From IMG/VR virus record IMGVR_UViG_3300049988_000375, positions 17,354 through 81,353 of that record: DNA of 64,000 bases; one strand, 5' to 3'. Shown piece after piece: positions 47,134 through 54,416 of the stretch (positions are counted from its first letter, which is position 1; every line of letters starts with the position of its first letter). The DNA is from a virus. Taxonomy: Duplodnaviria; Caudoviricetes. Below the pieces are notes generated by a model that ran no database searches, was not told the DNA's origin, and saw only the letters and a program-made list of their open reading frames with translations. The position numbers and the translations under genes are program-made.

Positions 47134-47331
47134 ATGCCACGCACTCCCATTCAAAACTATCTGCTGCCCTCGGGCCTCATCGCCCTGGTCTGCGTCTTTA
47201 TCGGCTGCGGCCTCGGCGCGTTGCTGGGTGACCCCTCGAAAGGCTCTGGCTACGGCCTGCTGGTCGGCGGCCTAGCTGGCATCGGCTACTACTTCGCCAC
47301 CCGCGACGATAACCCCACCCCGACCGCGTAA
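47134..47331 (+). CDS. Small two-TM glycine-rich membrane protein
   Basis: 65 aa with GxxxG helices. Confidence 0.6.
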   Translation: MPRTPIQNYLLPSGLIALVCVFIGCGLGALLGDPSKGSGYGLLVGGLAGIGYYFATRDDNPTPTA

Positions 47332-47864
47332 TGGCACTGTTTGAAATCAAGGAAGGCGGTCACTATCACCAGTGGCCGCCGTTCTCGACCCTGCCGTGGG
47401 TGGGCGAGCAGCGCATGGAGCGCTACGTGACATTTGACGCCTCGTGCGCCTACGACAGCGCCCCGTACAATAGCGAGGATGTGAACAAGCTTTTTGGCTT
47501 GTCCTTCGGCCTGCGGGGCGTGCATTGGAACTCGGCCCGTTTCGGCTGGCGGTGGTCCAATAGCGACCAGTGCATCGAGCTTCTGGCATACTGTTATAAG
47601 CATGGCAAGCGCAACCAGGACGAGCAACTACGCTTTCCCGTGGTGGCGCAGGTGAAGCCGGGTGAAAAAGTTGCCCTTGAAATCGTGTATGAGTCGGATG
47701 GCTACACCTTCTGCGTTCACACTGAACACGGCGGATACATCGGCTGCACAAGCGTAACGGCAGGGGTGCCCGCTGACCTGCCCCACTATGGCCTCACCCA
47801 CGGCTTGTACTTCGGCGGCTCCCAGCCGGCGCCGCACGATATGCGGTTGCAAATAGACCGCTAG
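47331..47864 (+). CDS. Hypothetical beta-rich protein
   Basis: 177 aa, overlaps the upstream stop. Confidence 0.6.
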   Translation: MALFEIKEGGHYHQWPPFSTLPWVGEQRMERYVTFDASCAYDSAPYNSEDVNKLFGLSFGLRGVHWNSARFGWRWSNSDQCIELLAYCYKHGKRNQDEQLRFPVVAQVKPGEKVALEIVYESDGYTFCVHTEHGGYIGCTSVTAGVPADLPHYGLTHGLYFGGSQPAPHDMRLQIDR

Positions 47865-47895
47865 CGTTTGCCTTTTTTGCTTTTTAATTTGGTAT

Positions 47896-47925
47896 TTTGT
47901 CAAAGCGTGATGTATCTTTGACAAA
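47896..47925 (+). promoter_or_regulatory. Promoter of the tRNA cluster with overlapping inverted repeat
   Basis: TATCTTTG at 47913; TTTGTCAAAG-N10-CTTTGACAAA perfect inverted repeat. Confidence 0.6.
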
Positions 47926-47973
47926 GTGATTCGCCAGGCGAGCGCCACATTCGGGTGTAAGGCCCGAAGGAAC

Positions 47974-48054
47974 TGAAAGGTTGGTACATGGGCAAGTCCC
48001 GGTGACTGTAACTCACCCGCTTCGGCTTTGCAGGTTCGACTCCTGCCCTTTCAA
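47974..48054 (+). tRNA. tRNA-Tyr (GTA), long variable arm, CCA not encoded
   Basis: Acceptor TGAAAGG/CCTTTCA; anticodon arm GGTGA-CTGTAAC-TCACC; T arm GCAGG-TTCGACT-CCTGC. Confidence 0.9.
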
Positions 48055-48083
48055 CAATCTCACTCAATCGGAGTGATACGATT

Positions 48084-48156
48084 GTGTTAGTAGCTCAACT
48101 GGTGGAGCGCCCGACTGTGTATCGGATGGCTGTGGGTTCGAGCCCCATCTAACACC
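48084..48156 (+). tRNA. tRNA-His (GTG), CCA not encoded
   Basis: Acceptor GTGTTAG/CTAACAC, C73; anticodon loop CTGTGTA; T arm GTGGG-TTCGAGC-CCCAT. Confidence 0.88.
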
Positions 48157-48166
48157 CTTTTATTAT

Positions 48167-48238
48167 GGATTGGTAACATAGAGGTCTATGTGTCGCTCTG
48201 AAAAAGCGGAAATGTTGGTTCGATACCAGCCCATTCCA
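48167..48238 (+). tRNA. tRNA-Phe (GAA), CCA not encoded
   Basis: Acceptor GGATTGG/CCATTCC (one T:T mismatch); anticodon arm TCGCT-CTGAAAA-AGCGG; T arm GTTGG-TTCGATA-CCAGC. Confidence 0.85.
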
Positions 48239-48241
48239 CTT

Positions 48242-48450
48242 GTGGGTTCTCGCCTATAAACCTCCCGTCCGGCTGAGCGGGAGAGAAGTTCAAGCTGGCC
48301 GGCTGCCGTAGCCCTAATTTCATAGCGGCAGAACTACCGGAAGGGATGGCGAGCTAAGTAGTTTGTCCCAAGCCTGAAAATGCAGCAAGAAGAAGTCCTA
48401 GCTTTCGGCTGGGCCGGCGCGGGCGGTGGATGCCATTCGCGCATGACAAA
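48242..48450 (+). ncRNA. Candidate structured ncRNA at the end of the tRNA operon
   Basis: No ORF; stems CTCCCG/CGGGAG, CTGCCG/CGGCAG, AACTAC/GTAGTT, CCTAGC/GCTGGG, GCCGGC/GCCGGC, TTTGTC/GACAAA. Confidence 0.45.
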
Positions 48451-48488
48451 GACGCCTCGCTTTCATCAGCGGGGCGTTTCTTTTTTTT
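48448..48488 (+). terminator. Intrinsic terminator of the tRNA operon
   Basis: GACGCCTCGC/GCGGGGCGTT stem plus long T run. Confidence 0.8.
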
Positions 48489-48529
48489 ATACAGCATCTA
48501 ATTGATAGTTAGCCCACTATCTTCGCCTT

Positions 48530-49189
48530 ATGATTTCTCAGATAATTAAGCGCGGCTATAACTTTGTTGCGTCCATCACGCCGTTAAAGCCTTACGCCCC
48601 AAAGCCGCTTGATTATCAGCGCGTCCTTGTGCTAGGCAACAGCATTACGCGCCACCCACCGCTGCCCGAAATAGGCTGGCCGAACGATTGGGGCATGGCG
48701 GCCACGGCGCGGGAGAAGGACTTTGTGCATCTGCTGCGCCGCCGCTTCATGCGGGCCAGGGCGCAAATGCAGCTCGTATTCGAGAACATCGCCGTGTGGG
48801 AGAACACCTATTGGGAGTACGACCTAAACCAACTAGCCTTTGCCCGCGAGTTCGCCCCCGAGCTGCTTATCCTGCGCATCGGGGAGAACGTGGCGGGCGA
48901 TACCGTGGACACGCACCACTTTGCCACCCACTTCTCGCGCCTGCTCGACTACCTGCACCAGCCCGGCACGCGCATCCTGGTGGTGGGCTCCTTTTGGGCC
49001 GGCAACCCCGCCACGGGCATCATGCGCTGGGTTAGCAAGGCGCACGGGGTCAGCTTTATCTCGCTCGAAAAGATTGGCAGCGACATGAGCAACCGCGCCA
49101 TCGGCCAGCACGAGAACGGCGGGGTAGCCAACCACCCGAACGACAAGGGCATGGCGAACATTGCGAAAATCATTTGGGATAACCGCTAA
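48530..49189 (+). CDS. SGNH/GDSL-family hydrolase (esterase)
   Basis: VLGNSIT, IGEN and HPND.GM blocks. Confidence 0.85.
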   Translation: MISQIIKRGYNFVASITPLKPYAPKPLDYQRVLVLGNSITRHPPLPEIGWPNDWGMAATAREKDFVHLLRRRFMRARAQMQLVFENIAVWENTYWEYDLNQLAFAREFAPELLILRIGENVAGDTVDTHHFATHFSRLLDYLHQPGTRILVVGSFWAGNPATGIMRWVSKAHGVSFISLEKIGSDMSNRAIGQHENGGVANHPNDKGMANIAKIIWDNR

Positions 49190-49193
49190 CAGC

Positions 49194-49226
49194 AAAAAGC
49201 CCCGCTTCATCGGCGGGGCTTTTTTT
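49194..49226. terminator. Bidirectional terminator at the junction of the two phage arms
   Basis: AAAAAGCCCCGC/GCGGGGCTTTTTTT. Confidence 0.85.
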
Positions 49227-49815
49227 ATCGGGCGCCTGCCCGTATCGCTTTGGCTATCTCCCTGCGCCGCAGCTTTCCCTTCATGCGCTTTAGTAGGCAG
49301 CTAGCCACGAAGGATTCCAGTACGGCGAGCGTGACAGCCTCACAGGCAGCAAGCGCCTCTTGGCTCTCCCATACGCGCCATTTGGCTTTTGCCGGGATGT
49401 TATAGCGCTTACACAGTTCACGCAGTTCCTCGCCCCATAGCAGTCCCGAGAGCCAGTATTTATCCTGCTCGGGGTTGTGGCCCGCTGGCCGCAGACACTC
49501 CACGCCCGCTGCGCTCGCCTCGTACACACCCACCCACTCGGGCAGCATGGGCAGCAACTTTGCCAGGTGCTTGCTGGTCACGACGAACGACACGCGGGAG
49601 AATACCTTGCTGTAGCACAGCAGTTGCAGCGGCACCCGCTTGAGTGTGTCCCCATCGCCCTTTAGCTCGTAGCCGTGCAGCGCGTTCGCATCGAGGCCCA
49701 CCACGTCGGCCCGCGTCATTTGCCCGGTGGCGTTACCAATACACAGTTCATCGACCGTGCATTGGTAACGGGTCATCAGGGGCTTTAGGGCTTCTCTTAT
49801 TTCGGGGTCTCCCAT
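49225..49815 (-). CDS. sce7726-family (MmcB/PD-(D/E)XK-like) protein
   Basis: D.EIR...EL.IG..RADV...LHGYELK...D.L.R..Q...YSKVF motif. Confidence 0.75.
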   Translation of the reverse strand: MGDPEIREALKPLMTRYQCTVDELCIGNATGQMTRADVVGLDANALHGYELKGDGDTLKRVPLQLLCYSKVFSRVSFVVTSKHLAKLLPMLPEWVGVYEASAAGVECLRPAGHNPEQDKYWLSGLLWGEELRELCKRYNIPAKAKWRVWESQEALAACEAVTLAVLESFVASCLLKRMKGKLRRREIAKAIRAGAR

Positions 49816-49818
49816 CGG

Positions 49819-50310
49819 TTATACCGGTCGCTCGGCCTTGGCCTGTGCTAAGAGTTGATTATATGCTGCCACAGTAATCTCTTCTAGGTCAGGCGCGTTA
49901 TAATCAAATTTCTCGCTGACATGCAATAGATAGCAGCCATCAGGGCCTTCGGCAAGGCCATAATTGCTCCAGGGCGTGTCGCCGCCAATAGCTTGATTAA
50001 ATTCCCCCTTGCCCATCCAAGGCAGGGCATCTAATTTTTCAAGAATAGCACGGGTGGACTTTCTGCCCTTGATAGGCCAATAGAATTTAAGCCCATTGTC
50101 ACTGCCGATAAATCTCCAATCTTTGGGCGGCGTATCGAAAGCAATGCCAGCCAGTCCACCCGCCATTGAGCCGGGCTTTATGTAAACAACAGGCCCCCAG
50201 CCCTGCTCTTTCCGCAGGGCGTTTGTGGTGGCGTCTAGCTCCTTCATTCGCTCTCGAAGGGCTACTAGTTTTGCGTGAGTGGGTGTGCTCGGTTTGCTGA
50301 TAAATCGCAT
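49819..50310 (-). CDS. Hypothetical protein
   Basis: 163-aa ORF in the leftward operon. Confidence 0.6.
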   Translation of the reverse strand: MRFISKPSTPTHAKLVALRERMKELDATTNALRKEQGWGPVVYIKPGSMAGGLAGIAFDTPPKDWRFIGSDNGLKFYWPIKGRKSTRAILEKLDALPWMGKGEFNQAIGGDTPWSNYGLAEGPDGCYLLHVSEKFDYNAPDLEEITVAAYNQLLAQAKAERPV

Positions 50311-50322
50311 TGGTTGGTTGAT

Positions 50323-50529
50323 TTAATTCCAGTGGGCGTATGATTCTTGCAGGCGGGTGAACGGGTAGCCGTAGTTGCGAACGTGGGTGACGCTGGCGGT
50401 CTGGCCGCACGCATCGCAAGGTGCCTGCGTGTAGGTGTAGACACCAGCGGGGAGTGCGCCCATATTGGCCCGTTCGCGGGCTTTGTAGCCGCAGGGCTGG
50501 CAGCAGTAGGCGATTTCTTCGGGCTTCAT
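50323..50529 (-). CDS. Small Zn-finger protein
   Basis: CQPC...CDAC. Confidence 0.6.
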   Translation of the reverse strand: MKPEEIAYCCQPCGYKARERANMGALPAGVYTYTQAPCDACGQTASVTHVRNYGYPFTRLQESYAHWN

Positions 50530-50891
50530 GGCTGTGTTGATGGGGTGTTAGGAATATCGTATAACCACGAGGTGGTAGCCTCGGGCATGGTGTCACCCGC
50601 AACGTGGCGAAGGAAGTGCATGATGCACGCCATTGTTTCAACGCGGAATAGCTGCCGCGTGTAGACTATACCGCGCTCAATTCGCTGGTTGCTGTGAAGC
50701 AACTTGGACTCAGTCGCTATCTCATCGCGTTCTTGCTTTGATAGCAGCCGCCAGGATTCCATCTCCGCCCCGGTGGCAGTTAGGGTGAGCCTTACGCGCT
50801 GATTATTGAGCCGATAAAATATGGAGTCGAATACGGCCCCATCGGGCGACTCCGCCACTAGCACGGGCGGGGGTATTAGCCAAAAGCTCAT
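50526..50891 (-). CDS. Hypothetical protein
   Basis: 121 aa, 4-bp overlaps on both sides. Confidence 0.55.
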   Translation of the reverse strand: MSFWLIPPPVLVAESPDGAVFDSIFYRLNNQRVRLTLTATGAEMESWRLLSKQERDEIATESKLLHSNQRIERGIVYTRQLFRVETMACIMHFLRHVAGDTMPEATTSWLYDIPNTPSTQP

Positions 50892-51370
50892 AGCAATTCG
50901 GTAAAGGTGAAGATGAACGTGTTGTGGGGCAGGGTCTCGTCGTATTCAACTGCAAAACCCCGAAAGTATTTGGGCGTGTCGTCGGGGATAAACCAGCCCT
51001 TTATCTGGTCGATGAGCAGCTTAATCATCGCCGTGCAATTGTCGGCGTCAAATTTTGAGCGGTAGCGTAGGCTAAGGCGCAGGGCGGGCATGGGCAGGAT
51101 GCCACTCGCGCAAATCAGCGGGTAAAACTTAGCCTTCCATTCCTCCTTGAGCTTCTGGCGCTTAGTCCAGTGCATCCCCGAGTACCATTTGTTCGAGCTA
51201 AGACCTTGACCCGAGTAGGTGAAGCTGTAGTTTGCCACTTTGCCAGCGGGGGCCGCCTCAAATACCGGCTCAGCCAGCGGCGCGGGCACTGTCTTAGCCG
51301 ACTTGCGGCCCCGCCCGGCAGTGGGCAGGGCCGCGAAGTCTTTGGCGCTCATTCTTTCGGTCTTGTCCAT
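50888..51370 (-). CDS. RusA-like Holliday junction resolvase
   Basis: S.N..Y..HW..R...K; DADN...K...D...IPDD motif; ATG 51370 overlaps the upstream TAA. Confidence 0.7.
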   Translation of the reverse strand: MDKTERMSAKDFAALPTAGRGRKSAKTVPAPLAEPVFEAAPAGKVANYSFTYSGQGLSSNKWYSGMHWTKRQKLKEEWKAKFYPLICASGILPMPALRLSLRYRSKFDADNCTAMIKLLIDQIKGWFIPDDTPKYFRGFAVEYDETLPHNTFIFTFTELL

Positions 51371-51600
51371 TACGCCTTCTTGTTTCTGCCCACCACCACG
51401 GGGCGCCCGGTGGTGGGGTCGGTTTCTTCGGTGAATGTCAGCTTCTCGTCGCACTCCGCGTTCAGGGCCGCTTGTTCTTCGCGGCTCATGCGCAGGTACT
51501 TCGAGACGAGCGTGGTAGTGCCCCTGTAGAACTTGGGCACCTTGGGGGGCTTGCTGGTGGGTGGCGGCTTCGGGAAGGCCGGCTCGGGGGCGTGGGGCAT
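51370..51600 (-). CDS. Hypothetical protein
   Basis: 76-aa ORF. Confidence 0.55.
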   Translation of the reverse strand: MPHAPEPAFPKPPPTSKPPKVPKFYRGTTTLVSKYLRMSREEQAALNAECDEKLTFTEETDPTTGRPVVVGRNKKA

Positions 51601-51603
51601 AAC

Positions 51604-51849
51604 CTACGCCTGCATTGCAGCCACGAAGAAGCGGCGGTCGTCAATACGCTTCTGCTTTCTGGCGTTGTCGGCCGTGAGTTCGGCAGCCTGGCGGGCGTTA
51701 GGCACGAAGCCGTGCAGCACGCCTTTCTTGCCGAGGTACACGAGGTTGCGCGTGGCTTTCACGCTGGCCGAGCTGGTGCCGAAGGGCAGAACTGATTTGT
51801 CGCGGCGAGCCAGCAACTTGGCGCGGCGGGTATTTAGGTCTTTACTCAT
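51604..51849 (-). CDS. Small basic hypothetical protein
   Basis: 81 aa directly after cassette 6. Confidence 0.6.
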   Translation of the reverse strand: MSKDLNTRRAKLLARRDKSVLPFGTSSASVKATRNLVYLGKKGVLHGFVPNARQAAELTADNARKQKRIDDRRFFVAAMQA

Positions 51850-51872
51850 GGTGTTGGGGGTTGATTACGGGG

Positions 51873-51946
51873 TAAAACTACTGCGATTGTCTGATACTTG
51901 CAAGTGATTCACAGCGAATCGCCAACTTTATTTCAGACAATCGCAG
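51873..51946 (-). promoter_or_regulatory. Three-site promoter cassette, copy 6
   Basis: Minus strand: CTGCGATT, +32 CTGTGAAT, +58 AATCGCAG, then TAGTTTTA; 29 bp identical to copy 1. Confidence 0.75.
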
Positions 51947-51952
51947 CAGATG

Positions 51953-53113
51953 TTAAAACGGGGCCTTCGGGAAGCCCGTGGCGGCAGTGGGAAAGCCCAC
52001 TGGCCGGGGTGCCTCATCCTCGAACGTGCTGGCCGGCAGCGGGCGTGGGGTGGCTGGTTGCACAGGTGACCCGCTGGCATCTACTAGCTCAGGGGCATAG
52101 ATTTTGGTAATGGTGGGGTGGGCGAGGGGCGCTACGCCGTTGAAGAGGTAGCGGCCGGTTTTCCAGTCGAACTCCACCAGCACGTCGGGGTTCTCGCTGC
52201 CCTCGCCAATGCTGCCGGGCTTGGCGTTAGCGCGGCGGTGGTTCTTGATTTTGCGGGTGTAGATGGCAAAGGCCGGGTCGCCTCCCTTCGCGTGGCGGTT
52301 GGGCCGGTCGTATGCCGTGATAGTGCCCGCGAAGTCGTTCCACGCCTCGCCGCCGCTCAGATGGTCGCTGTCCGGCACCGGCCACGCTTCATTTGGGGCG
52401 CGGTTAATGCGCTTGGGGTTGCGGGTGACGGTTAGGTACACCTGCGCTTCCTGCGTCCAGGTAGTCACGCGGTCCAGCTCCCGGTTGAGGTAAGCCACCT
52501 CACCGCCCGCCCGCTGCTCGCTGTGGTCGAGCTTGTGCCAAGGGTCAATCGCGAAGTGGCTGATATTGAGCTTTACTCTAGCCGCCTCGAAAATGTCGAG
52601 CAGGTGCGCGGGCGTCTTGCCTTGTCCCTTCACCGGCTGCACCACGTAGAAATGCTCGCGCACCCACTCCATCGCCTTCACGTACCGGGCACGGCTCAGC
52701 GGGTTGAGGCTTTCGGGGTTCGGGTCTTGGCCGGTGAGCGAGTGGATGAGCGCGTCGTAGTACGCCTCGCGGGGCATGTCCTCCGGCACCCAGCCGAGCG
52801 ACTTCTTGCCAGCCAGCGCAGCGCGTAGGAGCAATTCTTGGCGGGTGAACTCGCCCTTGCCCACGCCTGCGAAGGCGGTCTTCACGTTCACCCAGCCGGG
52901 CACCCACTTAAATATCGGGTCGAGGGCTTCGATGTGGGTAGTCTCGCCCTTGGGCCGGCTGGCGGGGTCGTCGTAGAAGGCGAGCATCTGCGCCTCGGTT
53001 GGCGCGTCGAGGCCCAGCACCGATTCGAGCGGGTCAATCTTGGGCTCCGCCTTGACAGCGGGCTTTTTCTCCCACTGCTTGTCGGGGTCGAGGTCGTCTA
53101 GCAAGCCGTTCAT
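51953..53113 (-). CDS. DnaB/T7 gp4-like (SF4) helicase domain protein
   Basis: AGVGKGE Walker A-like, FAIDPW Walker B, DHLSGG..W, DRP, KIKN motifs. Confidence 0.75.
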   Translation of the reverse strand: MNGLLDDLDPDKQWEKKPAVKAEPKIDPLESVLGLDAPTEAQMLAFYDDPASRPKGETTHIEALDPIFKWVPGWVNVKTAFAGVGKGEFTRQELLLRAALAGKKSLGWVPEDMPREAYYDALIHSLTGQDPNPESLNPLSRARYVKAMEWVREHFYVVQPVKGQGKTPAHLLDIFEAARVKLNISHFAIDPWHKLDHSEQRAGGEVAYLNRELDRVTTWTQEAQVYLTVTRNPKRINRAPNEAWPVPDSDHLSGGEAWNDFAGTITAYDRPNRHAKGGDPAFAIYTRKIKNHRRANAKPGSIGEGSENPDVLVEFDWKTGRYLFNGVAPLAHPTITKIYAPELVDASGSPVQPATPRPLPASTFEDEAPRPVGFPTAATGFPKAPF

Positions 53114-53419
53114 TTACTCGCCAGATATGTCGCAGGCACAGTAAACAACTCGGGCTTCCCATTCGATGTTGAATTTCTGCGGCTCCTCTTCACTGCACAG
53201 CTCACAGACAAAAACAACCCTATTAGTTGGCCCATCGCCCATCTTGTCGTCCCATTTCTCGCAGGCTTTTTTAGCAGCCTCCTCGCTGTCAATATCATAG
53301 ACAGTTATGGCATCCTCGCGGTCCTCGTGGTCCTCCCACACCTCAAACGCGGTGCCGCAGTAGTGCTGCGAGCCATAATATCTCTCATCGCAAATCGGGC
53401 ATTCATTAAAAAAGCTCAT
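53114..53419 (-). CDS. Acidic Cys-containing hypothetical protein
   Basis: CPIC...HYC; 101 aa. Confidence 0.55.
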   Translation of the reverse strand: MSFFNECPICDERYYGSQHYCGTAFEVWEDHEDREDAITVYDIDSEEAAKKACEKWDDKMGDGPTNRVVFVCELCSEEEPQKFNIEWEARVVYCACDISGE

Positions 53420-53760
53420 GGTTGTTGGTTGGTGGTATTTGGCTTATGGAGGTTGTGAGAGGTAATGGAGGCCAGTGCGGCGCGGTCGGCGGCCGACAAG
53501 TCTAGCCGGGGTTGCAGGTTGGCTATCACCTGCTGCACGTAGGCCAGCGGCCAGTCGGTGAGGGGGTTAATAACCGCGTCGGCGGCTTTGAAGTAGTTGA
53601 TGGTGGCCTTGGTGGCGGCTTCGAGTTGCTGGACGTGGCGAAACCGAAACTGATGCTTGGGCTCTGCCGGGTCGATACGGCCGCGCTCGTCGGCGCAGTA
53701 GCGGCTAAGCGGCGTGAGGGTGGCGCGGAGCTGGCCCGCGAGGTCGTCGTAGGTCAGCAT
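53416..53760 (-). CDS. Hypothetical protein
   Basis: 114 aa. Confidence 0.55.
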   Translation of the reverse strand: MLTYDDLAGQLRATLTPLSRYCADERGRIDPAEPKHQFRFRHVQQLEAATKATINYFKAADAVINPLTDWPLAYVQQVIANLQPRLDLSAADRAALASITSHNLHKPNTTNQQP

Positions 53761-53762
53761 GG

Positions 53763-54416
53763 CTAGTAGAGGTTCGCGGCGTGCTTGGCTACGTAAGCGG
53801 GGTAGACTTGCTGGAATTGGCCGAGTAGGTCGTGGATGCTGCCACGCTGGTAGCCATTCGTCCAGCCACGTTCTCCGTTCTCGTGCTTGTAACCAATCAA
53901 CTCGCGCAGTTCAGTTTTCACCAGCGACTCGTTGAAGGGGGAGTCAGCCGGGTATTTTGTTAGCTCATCAACAAGTTTGATTCCGAGGCCCAAAAGGTCA
54001 GCCCATGCGAACAACTCGGGGAACTTGTCGCGGAAGGCCGAGGGCTGCCTGGGCGCCTGACCAACCACCCACTGGTAGATGCGGGTGTAGTTCAGGGGCA
54101 GCGACTTATACTTGTCGAGCAGCCCCTTGTAGCCCTGCTTGATAATGCTGTTGAGTTCGGCTAGGGTGAGGTTGGGGAAGTCCTCGGCAATGTCTTTGGC
54201 GAGTTGCTGCCAACCTTCTTCTGCGATAAGGTCGAAGCCATTGGTGCGGCACAGGCTGGCTTTTTGCAGGACAACAAGCACGGTGGCTGTCCCTTCGCTA
54301 GTCGAGGCCCAAAGCGCGACAGGCTGCAAAGGCGTTGGCAACTTGGTCGGCAGGGATGAGTCCGAGGGCTGTGGCGCGGTTGGCTGGGCTTGGAGTGAGT
54401 TGCTGGCTGGTTCCAT
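53763..54416 (-). CDS. Putative helicase loader / replication accessory protein
   Basis: Directly downstream of the initiator gene (position-based inference). Confidence 0.45.
   Translation of the reverse strand: MEPASNSLQAQPTAPQPSDSSLPTKLPTPLQPVALWASTSEGTATVLVVLQKASLCRTNGFDLIAEEGWQQLAKDIAEDFPNLTLAELNSIIKQGYKGLLDKYKSLPLNYTRIYQWVVGQAPRQPSAFRDKFPELFAWADLLGLGIKLVDELTKYPADSPFNESLVKTELRELIGYKHENGERGWTNGYQRGSIHDLLGQFQQVYPAYVAKHAANLY

Noticed and set aside
48239-48290. Theta (minimal HDV-like) ribozyme directly after tRNA-Phe
   Set aside because: TTCTCGC resembles L3, but there is no G at the tRNA 3' junction and no P1/P2 partners
48330-48400. Group I intron core (AAGAAGAAGTCC resembles the S element)
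   Set aside because: P/Q/R/S order is wrong, there is no P7 pairing and no interrupted host gene
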